Shown in pieces: positions 57,204 to 64,000 of a stretch of DNA of 64,000 nucleotides. This stretch comes from Spirochaetia bacterium (lineage in GTDB: Bacteria > Spirochaetota > Spirochaetia > UBA9216), in assembly GCA_963675665.1 (NCBI GenBank), contig OY776510.1:139840-203839 (forward strand), written 5' to 3'. The translations under genes and the position numbers were made by a program. Under the pieces are notes generated by a model. It saw nothing but the letters and a program-made list of their open reading frames with translations, was not told the origin of the DNA and ran no database searches. Position 1 is the stretch's first letter. Every line of letters begins with the position of its first letter.

Positions 57204-58949
57204 CTATTCCTTGTTCTCTATCTTCTCATTTATCATTGACAGAAAATCGGCAAAAGGTACGCCGTTTGTCTGTTTCCCGGTGCGCAGCCTGACGGAAACA
57301 GCTCCTTCCAGTTCTTCCTTTTCGCCGATAATCAGCATATACGGAATCTTCTGGTTCTGGGCGTTTCGTATCTTTGCATTCATCCTTGAATCGGAAAGGT
57401 CCGCATCAACCCTGATTCCTTCAGCCTTAAGGTCCGCCGCCACTTTTTTGGCATAGTCGTCAAAGGCTGAGGCAACCGGGATCACACTGACCTGTACCGG
57501 CGAGAGCCAGACAGGAAAGGCGCCGCCGAAATGCTCGATAAGAACACCGAAAAACCTTTCTATTGAACCCAGCAGGGCACGATGAACCACGTACGGCTGC
57601 TTTTCCTTTCCGTCGTGATCAACAAAAGTCATTTTAAACCGCTCGGGCAGGTTAAAATCAAACTGTATTGTCGAAAGCTGCCAGTCGCGGCCCATGGCGT
57701 CTTTAACCTTGAGATCAATCTTGGGACCGTAGAACGCCCCGCCGCCCTCGTCAACATCGTAATCGAGCCCCTGTGCCTCAATGGCCTTTCGCAGCGATTC
57801 GGTTGCCGCATCCCACTTTTCCGGAGCGCCCACGCTCTTGTCTCCCAGCGGCATTGTAGAGAGATATGCCTTGAATTCGGAAAAACCGAATGATCGCAGC
57901 ATAAACAGCGAAAACCGAAGGGTCTCGGCAATTTCGTTCTCCATTTGCTCCGGAGTACATATTATATGCGCATCATCCTGGGTGAATCCCCGGACACGCA
58001 TAAGCCCGTGAAGAACTCCGGATTTTTCATAGCGGTAAACCGTTCCCAGCTCGGCCCACCGGCATGGAAGCTCGCGATATGAACGCTTTGAGTTGTTGTA
58101 AATCATAATATGAAAAGGACAGTTCATCGGCTTTGCGTAATAGTCGCTGGCATCCATTTCCATCGAGTTGAACATTCCTTCCTTGTAAAAATCAAGGTGT
58201 CCGGAAGTTTCCCACAGCCAGGACTTGCCGACATGGGGTGTATAAACCATCTCGTAACCGTTTTTGTAGTGTTCTTTTCTCCAGAAATCCTCGATGGCAA
58301 GTCTTATTCTGGCGCCTTTTGGGTGCCAGTAAACAAGCCCCGGACCGGCATCTTCATGCAAGCTGAACAGATCAAGCTCTCTGCCCAGTTTGCGGTGATC
58401 GCGCTTTTCCATTTCTTCAAGGTGCTGCAAATGCATACGCAGGTCTTTGGGATTGGTCCAGGCGGTTCCGTAAATTCGTTGCAGCATAGGGCGGCTCTCG
58501 TCGCCGCGCCAGTACGCGCCTGCAATACTCAACAGTTTAAATGACTGCGGGTTAAGCTTTCCCGTATTTTCCACATGCGGGCCTCGGCAGAGATCGGTAA
58601 ACCCGCCCTGGTTATAGGTTGTGATAACCTCGTTTTCGGGCAGTTCATTGATGAGCTCAATCTTATAAGGCTGATCCTTGAACATTTCAAGGGCCTCGGT
58701 TTTGGTAACCTCTTTTCTGATGAAATCCTTGCCGGCTTTCATGATCCCGCGCATACCGTCGCTGATTTCTTCCAGATCTTCCGGCGTCAATGATCTGGGC
58801 AGTTCAAAGTCATAGTAAAAACCGTTTTCAATCGAAGGCCCGATTGCAATCTTTGCCTCCGGGAATTTCTCAAGAACAGCCTCCGCCATGATATGCGCGG
58901 TAGAATGCCTGATCAAATCAAGTTTTCCCTGTTTCTCGTCGTTTTTCAT
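57204..58949 (-). CDS. thrS: Threonyl-tRNA synthetase (short form lacking the N-terminal TGS domain)
   Basis: 581 aa. It is collinear with E. coli ThrRS from the N2 editing domain onward (LIRHSTAHIMAEAV..., MNCPFH, RVRGFTQDDAHI, anticodon-binding C-terminus). It starts right after the region where the TGS domain would be. Confidence 0.85.
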   Translation of the reverse strand: MKNDEKQGKLDLIRHSTAHIMAEAVLEKFPEAKIAIGPSIENGFYYDFELPRSLTPEDLEEISDGMRGIMKAGKDFIRKEVTKTEALEMFKDQPYKIELINELPENEVITTYNQGGFTDLCRGPHVENTGKLNPQSFKLLSIAGAYWRGDESRPMLQRIYGTAWTNPKDLRMHLQHLEEMEKRDHRKLGRELDLFSLHEDAGPGLVYWHPKGARIRLAIEDFWRKEHYKNGYEMVYTPHVGKSWLWETSGHLDFYKEGMFNSMEMDASDYYAKPMNCPFHIMIYNNSKRSYRELPCRWAELGTVYRYEKSGVLHGLMRVRGFTQDDAHIICTPEQMENEIAETLRFSLFMLRSFGFSEFKAYLSTMPLGDKSVGAPEKWDAATESLRKAIEAQGLDYDVDEGGGAFYGPKIDLKVKDAMGRDWQLSTIQFDFNLPERFKMTFVDHDGKEKQPYVVHRALLGSIERFFGVLIEHFGGAFPVWLSPVQVSVIPVASAFDDYAKKVAADLKAEGIRVDADLSDSRMNAKIRNAQNQKIPYMLIIGEKEELEGAVSVRLRTGKQTNGVPFADFLSMINEKIENKE

Positions 58950-59312
58950 ATTTATCTCCTACAGGCAGGATTACCCGGACATAAAAAAACCCTTATACCT
59001 GCCGTCCTTACATTATTGTAAGGACGAAAAGCATAAGAGCTCTAAAAAGCCCCGCTTTCCGCGGTCCCACCTTACTTCGAAAAACTAAAGTGAGGCGTAG
59101 CCGAACTTTAGTTTTCGCACTCTCAGAGTTTACGCCTTCAGGGCGGCCTGAATTACTGGAAACATTCGAAGGATGACAGCATCCTGAGAATGTCTCGTTC
59201 CGACAGGCAGCTCGGGAGTGGTTTTCACAGGGTATCGGTCCACATCTTCCAGCCGCAGGATGCGTTCTCTGTTCACCGGAAAGCCCTCTTACTCGTCTCC
59301 GTCAATGCTGTT
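58950..59312 (-). promoter_or_regulatory. T-box riboswitch-like leader of thrS
   Basis: On the minus strand, AAGGUGGGACCGCGG (the reverse complement of 59059..59073) matches the T-box consensus AGGGUGGNACCGCGG. A 13-bp hairpin precedes it. An antiterminator can be drawn as GUAAGG[UGGGACC]GCGGAAAG...CUUUUCGUCCUUAC. The competing downstream hairpin CGUCCUUACA-auaau-UGUAAGGACG uses the same 5' arm. AGAGA lies near the 5' end. A candidate ACC specifier sits in GAAAACCAC. Confidence 0.55.
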
Positions 59313-59315
59313 GTT

Positions 59316-59348
59316 TATAATATGCTCATTTGAAACAAATCTGTCAAG
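59316..59348 (-). promoter_or_regulatory. Sigma70-like promoter for the thrS leader
   Basis: On the minus strand, TTGACA is followed by a 17-19 nt spacer and CATATTATAA. Confidence 0.45.
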
Positions 59349-59407
59349 ATGATCTTCTTCAGCTTATATTCTTCAGCGAAGCCCCGCAAGACAACAGGGG
59401 TTGATTA

Positions 59408-60292
59408 TCAGTTGATTTCGGAAGTCAGTTCAACGGATATAAAATGTATATCAACAGGTTCTTCATTAAAATCCGTCCAGCTGTCGGTTAGTCTCTCGAC
59501 ACCCAGATACAATGCGGCCCTGCCTGTTTCTCCTGAAACGGCGATCCCTCCGCGCAGGCTGCAGTCGATTCCCAGGGGCGCCAGACCTGTTACCAAAGTG
59601 TCTTCCGTTCGTTGTGTAAGTGAAACGGAACCGTCGGCCAATACGGCCAGCTGCGGTTCCGATAAAAACTCGCCGCAAATCCTGAAAAATCCCGCGGCAT
59701 GCCGCAAATCCGGCTGGGGCGGAGCTTCCTGAAAAACCGCGGGCAGGTTGATTCCTCCCTCAACCGCCATGTTTGCGGTTAAAAGAAACCGTCCGGCATC
59801 AACAAGTTTAAAATCGTCCCCTGGTCTGACGGCAAGGAACAGGAGATCATGAATCTGCAGCCGGACGGAACGCCGGTCAACCTCATGTTTGCAGTCGTGC
59901 TGAAACCCGGATTCAATTAGTACAGGGTTCAGATTGATGTACATTAAAAGACGTAAATCGGAAATAATCGAGCCTGCATTGAATATCCATTCACTTAAAG
60001 GTTCGGGCGCCGCGGAGAAATGAAAAGTTTCTTCGGCAAGCCCTGAAACTGCAAAAAAACTGCTCGAGAATATGTTGATATTAACTCCGCATTTCCAGTC
60101 ATGGCCGAAATCCGGAACCTGCTGCTGATTAAGAACATGCCGGAAAGAAACCCAGCTGCCTGCTCCCGTCATTACCCCGGGGGTTTCGGAAAAAACAGGG
60201 GTATAAAAGATTTGAGGAGTTTTTACTACCTGGGCAAAGAGGGGGATAGCCATAAGCAGTAATAAAAATGATATGTATGTTTTCTTTCTCAT
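59408..60292 (-). CDS. Secreted/outer-membrane-associated protein, unknown function
   Basis: 294 aa with a signal peptide (FLLLLMAIPLFAQ). It has amphipathic beta-like segments and no recognisable catalytic motif. Confidence 0.4.
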   Translation of the reverse strand: MRKKTYISFLLLLMAIPLFAQVVKTPQIFYTPVFSETPGVMTGAGSWVSFRHVLNQQQVPDFGHDWKCGVNINIFSSSFFAVSGLAEETFHFSAAPEPLSEWIFNAGSIISDLRLLMYINLNPVLIESGFQHDCKHEVDRRSVRLQIHDLLFLAVRPGDDFKLVDAGRFLLTANMAVEGGINLPAVFQEAPPQPDLRHAAGFFRICGEFLSEPQLAVLADGSVSLTQRTEDTLVTGLAPLGIDCSLRGGIAVSGETGRAALYLGVERLTDSWTDFNEEPVDIHFISVELTSEIN

Positions 60293-60365
60293 TCTTTTAT
60301 CATATTATATCATATAAAATATCGGGAGCGACAATCTTCAACATTAGAGCGAGGTTCTATCAGCA

Positions 60366-61391
60366 ATGTACAGTTTTAAAAATGATTACTCCGACGGTGC
60401 ACATCCGGCAATACTGAAAGCGCTTGCCGAATCAAACGATGTTCAAACGGAAGGCTACGGCGAAGACAGGTTCAGCCTTGAAGCGACAAACCTGTTAAAG
60501 CGTAAAATCGGCAGGAAAGATGTTGATGTTCATTTTATAACCGGAGGGACTCTTACAAACCAGGTCGCAATATCAGCTTTTCTGAAGCCGCATGAGGCGG
60601 TGATTTCAGCAAAATCAGGGCACATCTACGTTCATGAAACCGGAGCAATTGAAACAACCGGGCACAAGGTTATCCCGGTAGAGTCTTCGGACGGCAAGCT
60701 TTATCCAAAACAGATTGTGGATGTAGTTACGGAACATCATTTTGAGCATATGGTTAAACCCAGGCTTGTATATATTTCACAGCCCACGGAAACAGGAACC
60801 CTTTACTCCAGGACGGAACTTGAAGAACTTTGGAAATTATGCGGCAAACTCAACCTTCTGTTATACATCGACGGTGCAAGACTGGCTTCGGCAATTGCTT
60901 CCCGAAAAAGCGATACAACCTTACCCGATTATGCAAATCTGTGCGACTCTTTTTACATCGGAGGAACAAAAAACGGAGCCCTTTTCGGAGAGGCTCTTGT
61001 AATATGCAACGATCATCTTAAAAAAGATTTCAGATATCACCTGAAACAGAAGGGGGCTCTCTCGGCAAAAGGAAGGGTTCTGGGAATCCAGTTTCTGACG
61101 CTTTTCACTGATGATCTATATCTGAAGCTTGCAGCCCATTCAAATAAAATGGCCGAAAAACTGCAAAGCGGGATAGAATCGGCGGGTTTTAAAATGCTGT
61201 TTCATTCATATACCAATCAGATTTTTCCAATCATGCCGGAAGAGGTTATTGCCGGGCTTGAAAAGAAATATCTTTTTTACCGCTGGGAAAAAACAGCAGA
61301 CGGCAGCCCGACTATCAGGCTTGTATGCTCATGGTCTACGGAAGAAAAATACATAGACGACTTTATCAAATCCTGTTCGGAATTCTCATAA
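60366..61391 (+). CDS. ltaE: Low-specificity threonine aldolase (PLP, beta-eliminating lyase fold)
   Basis: The N-terminus FKNDYSDGAHPAILKAL, together with the HETGAIE and YIGGTKNG(A) regions, matches threonine aldolase/Beta_elim_lyase. The product is 341 aa. Confidence 0.75.
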   Translation: MYSFKNDYSDGAHPAILKALAESNDVQTEGYGEDRFSLEATNLLKRKIGRKDVDVHFITGGTLTNQVAISAFLKPHEAVISAKSGHIYVHETGAIETTGHKVIPVESSDGKLYPKQIVDVVTEHHFEHMVKPRLVYISQPTETGTLYSRTELEELWKLCGKLNLLLYIDGARLASAIASRKSDTTLPDYANLCDSFYIGGTKNGALFGEALVICNDHLKKDFRYHLKQKGALSAKGRVLGIQFLTLFTDDLYLKLAAHSNKMAEKLQSGIESAGFKMLFHSYTNQIFPIMPEEVIAGLEKKYLFYRWEKTADGSPTIRLVCSWSTEEKYIDDFIKSCSEFS

Positions 61392-61469
61392 CAGGAGAAG
61401 CGCAGACCACGCTTCTCCTCCGGCTGTTTATACCTTTTCAAGCATTTTTATTTGCATCCAGGTTAATAT

Positions 61470-62300
61470 TTACTTCATTACATCACAGTCTGCGGTAAAC
61501 TCCTGATTGACCCCGTATTCCCAGGGTTTATTGGGAGTTTCAGTTACATCGAAATATTTGAAACCTTCTTCATAATCGATGAGCTTTACATCCATGCCTT
61601 CATCTTCCGCTTTTTCCATAAAACTGCTTATTGAACTTTTAATGTTGTCTTCAAGCCCCTTTCCGGGTTTAACTACAAGCATCGAAGTATCCTTTCGTAG
61701 TTCATCATTCCAGGGCATCGTACCATAAAGAAAAACACCTGTATTCAGACAGTCCGAAAACGGGCAATCCTCGCCGATGAAGGCCCTCAAAACATCAGGG
61801 CAGCACCCGCAATAGCCGACCATTCCAAGATTATCAGCTTGTATACAGAGTTCGTCAGTTCTGTTGACGAGATCGGTTATAAGCAGCTCCAGATCTTTGT
61901 CCGGATACGTAGGGTCATAGGTTACGGCAATCATTCCGTGTGCAGCAACAAGCGCCCCCCAGTCAATATGCCTGCCTGTATTCTTGGCTTTCAACCCGGC
62001 AAATCCATTATAAATCACAACTGCCGGAAGCTTGCTGTCAAACGAGAAACCTGGCGGATAATAAATATCCATAAATTTATCCTGTGCATAACGGTCATTA
62101 ACTTTAACCTGCACAAGATCCATCTGCGGTACCGTGTAAACTGTGCTTGCAACATTCAGCAACAGCTCCTTCTCTTTCTGGCTTCGCCTTTTTGCTCCCG
62201 AAATTAAAGCTGTACCCGAATCGTCCCCGCTGCAGGCCTGTAAAACAAGTATTGATATCATAACCAGGCCAAACAGTTTTTCTTTTTTCAAGATTTTCAT
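61470..62300 (-). CDS. Lipoprotein, unknown function
   Basis: It has a lipobox (LVLQACSG). The product is 276 aa with no clear catalytic motif. Confidence 0.45.
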   Translation of the reverse strand: MKILKKEKLFGLVMISILVLQACSGDDSGTALISGAKRRSQKEKELLLNVASTVYTVPQMDLVQVKVNDRYAQDKFMDIYYPPGFSFDSKLPAVVIYNGFAGLKAKNTGRHIDWGALVAAHGMIAVTYDPTYPDKDLELLITDLVNRTDELCIQADNLGMVGYCGCCPDVLRAFIGEDCPFSDCLNTGVFLYGTMPWNDELRKDTSMLVVKPGKGLEDNIKSSISSFMEKAEDEGMDVKLIDYEEGFKYFDVTETPNKPWEYGVNQEFTADCDVMK

Positions 62301-62504
62301 GCTTTCCTCCTCATGAATTGTGTTATTTTACATTCCGGGCGCACCACAAGCATAACACTGAACGTACCCGTAAGCATATCCAGCAATTCTAATTATTAGC
62401 TTCGGAAGCGTTTGAATAATTATAGAATCTCTGAAAGATTATTAAAATTCTCTTTTCCTAGCATTTATTAGTACAAAATCACGCTTCCGGGCAGTCAGTA
62501 TTAC

Positions 62505-62640
62505 TCAATATGGCTGCAGCTGTGTGCCGCAGCTGGGGGCCCCTGTGCTGACGGAAAACATAGCAGGCTTCTGCTCAAGTTTTTCGTCAGTGCAGGGGTC
62601 AGTAAGGGCTGTGTATTCATTTGATCGCAAGCCATATTGA
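62505..62640 (+). repeat. About 135-bp intergenic element with nested inverted repeats (structured RNA or MITE-like)
   Basis: The outer 12-bp perfect inverted repeat is ctcaatatggct ... agccatattgag. The inner roughly 20-bp inverted repeat (cccctgtgctgacggaaaac / gttttcgtcagtgcagggg) has mismatches that become G-U pairs only on the + strand. Further hairpins include cagctg-N7-cagctg and agcag-N5-ctgct. Confidence 0.4.
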
Positions 62641-62763
62641 GAATTGCTGAAGAATATCAATATGAATTGTAAAAATTTTGGTTTCCATTTATAATTTTAG
62701 TACGGAAACCTCTAATAACTGCAGTTTTTAGAATTTCCCATATATAAAAGAGGAAATTTTATT

Positions 62764-64000
62764 GTGAAGGATATTTATATCCGGTGCATGGGTTGCCCTT
62801 CCCTTCAGATAAACGGAACCCCGATCAGCTTTCATAGAAGCAAAGCTTTCGTATTGATAGCCTATCTTCATATCACCAGCCGGGCATACAGCAGGGACGA
62901 GCTTGGCGCCTTTTTCTGGCCCGATCTGGACTCCAAAAAAGCAAAAGCCAACCTGAGGAATATATTATCCGAATGCAGGACAATTCTCGGCCCGGAAGTT
63001 CTGAAGACGGACAACCGGACGGTTTCTCCCGGATCATTTGAGATAAAAAGCGATTATTCGGATTTCTTGCGTCTTGCAGAATCCAGGGATCTGGAGGATC
63101 TGCAAAGAGCTTCAGAAATCTACCGGGAAGGATTTCTCAAAGGTATTGAGATCAGCAAGGCTCCGCAGTTTGACGACTGGCAGTTTGAAATCCAGCAACA
63201 ACTTGAAGTCAGATATATTAACCTGCTGGAAAAACTTGTATCCGAAGCTCATAAATGTAAAAATATTTCGTTGGAAATTTCCTGGTTAAGGAAACTTATC
63301 CATACCAACCCGCTTTATGAAGAATACCACAGGTTACTTATTCAACGCTTTTCCGAATCAGGAGACTATAATTCGGCTGTTCATCAGTATGAAATACTGA
63401 AAAAATACCTGAAAGAAGACGGCAGCGGGCCGCCTGAATCCGAAACAATGAAATTGATTCAAATAATCAGAAAGGGGAAAAAGCAGAAAAACAGAACACA
63501 GGCAGATTCTCCGGATATAGAGAAAAATCCTAAAAAAAGGAATTCAATACCCGGAAAAAGGACATATATCGGAATTGCTTCTATCTGCATTCTTATAATC
63601 TCCATATTTCTCCTGTTAGTGATTCATCCATGGTTACCATCTCCACAGCAAAAAATTTCAATCGCTGTTTTACCCTTTGATTTTCTTTGTGATGATGACA
63701 ATGCTCAAAAATTCGCAGAAAACTTCACTATAGAAATGATTAACAGCCTGGCAAAAGAAACTTATATATCGATAACTCCTGCACAATCAGTTGTTAAATA
63801 CAAAGAATCGATACTAAGTGTTAAACAGATAGCCGATGAGCTGGATGTTGAGTATATCATCGACGGTTCAGCTATGAGCTTTGCAGAATGTGTAAGATTT
63901 TCTGTTCAATTGATTGATATATCCACCGACGAATGCATCTGGACCGGTTCATATAACTGTGATATGGACAACAGTCTTAAAACCCAACTTGAGGTGATAC
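62764..64000 (+). CDS. Membrane-bound SARP/BTAD-type winged-helix transcriptional activator with periplasmic TolB-N-like domain (ToxR/CadC topology), 3' end outside window
   Basis: The GTG start at 62764 has AAGAGGA 10 nt upstream. The frame is open after TAG 62698 and runs at least 412 codons to the window edge. The N-terminus is winged-helix (IRCMGCPSLQINGTPISF...KAFVLIAYL). A BTAD-like helical region follows (YEEYHRLLIQRFSESGDYNSAVHQYEILKKYL). Then come a TM segment (YIGIASICILIISIFLLLVI) and a periplasmic VLPFDF...FAENFTIEMINSLAK...VEYIIDGS domain. Confidence 0.65.
   Translation, partial: MKDIYIRCMGCPSLQINGTPISFHRSKAFVLIAYLHITSRAYSRDELGAFFWPDLDSKKAKANLRNILSECRTILGPEVLKTDNRTVSPGSFEIKSDYSDFLRLAESRDLEDLQRASEIYREGFLKGIEISKAPQFDDWQFEIQQQLEVRYINLLEKLVSEAHKCKNISLEISWLRKLIHTNPLYEEYHRLLIQRFSESGDYNSAVHQYEILKKYLKEDGSGPPESETMKLIQIIRKGKKQKNRTQADSPDIEKNPKKRNSIPGKRTYIGIASICILIISIFLLLVIHPWLPSPQQKISIAVLPFDFLCDDDNAQKFAENFTIEMINSLAKETYISITPAQSVVKYKESILSVKQIADELDVEYIIDGSAMSFAECVRFSVQLIDISTDECIWTGSYNCDMDNSLKTQLEVI

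Noticed and set aside
63074-63289. 71-aa ORF listed in the track
   Set aside because: It lies in a different frame inside the long GTG-initiated ToxR/SARP-like ORF that runs to the window end. The long ORF has clear domain structure.
1-64000. tRNA, rRNA, CRISPR arrays, IS/transposase or integrase genes
   Set aside because: Scanning by eye found no tRNA-like TPsiC arms/acceptor stems, no rRNA signature segments, no regular direct repeat-spacer arrays, and no transposase or integrase ORFs.

Overview
This is a densely coded, chromosomal-looking window of about 48% GC from an anaerobic, fermentative bacterium. I found no rRNA, tRNA, CRISPR array or transposase. Most genes lie on the minus strand in long co-directional runs.

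The main functional blocks are:
- A GntR-regulated sugar-acid cluster with a LarA-type (nickel-pincer cofactor) racemase/epimerase homolog next to a split UxaA-family dehydratase.
- A ClC channel, a DUF2062 protein plus a large coiled-coil membrane protein, and an MFS transporter with an ArsR-like regulator.
- An adenosine-deaminase-like amidohydrolase, and an Asp/Glu-racemase gene broken by a 1-nt frameshift in a homopolymer.
- A 7TM-LuxR membrane regulator paired with a secreted DUF4097 beta-helix protein.
- A dCache/HAMP/GAF/HD-GYP c-di-GMP phosphodiesterase.
- A translationally coupled CDP-alcohol phosphatidyltransferase and HAD-IIB phosphatase.
- An M32 carboxypeptidase and MobA.
- Two glycyl-radical-enzyme (GRE) operons, each with its own activase. 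One is fused to a CUT2-type ABC sugar importer under a divergent LysR regulator. The other is led by a MoaD-like gene and an aldehyde:ferredoxin oxidoreductase.
- A 1516-aa double BadF/BcrAD-ATPase plus HgdB-like fusion, translationally coupled to a 4-TM DMT protein.
- Two adjacent giant Ig-repeat surface proteins (1809 aa and 1547 aa).
- A TGS-less threonyl-tRNA synthetase preceded by a T-box-like leader.
- A threonine aldolase.
- A GTG-initiated ToxR/SARP-like membrane-bound regulator at the 3' edge that the ORF track misses.
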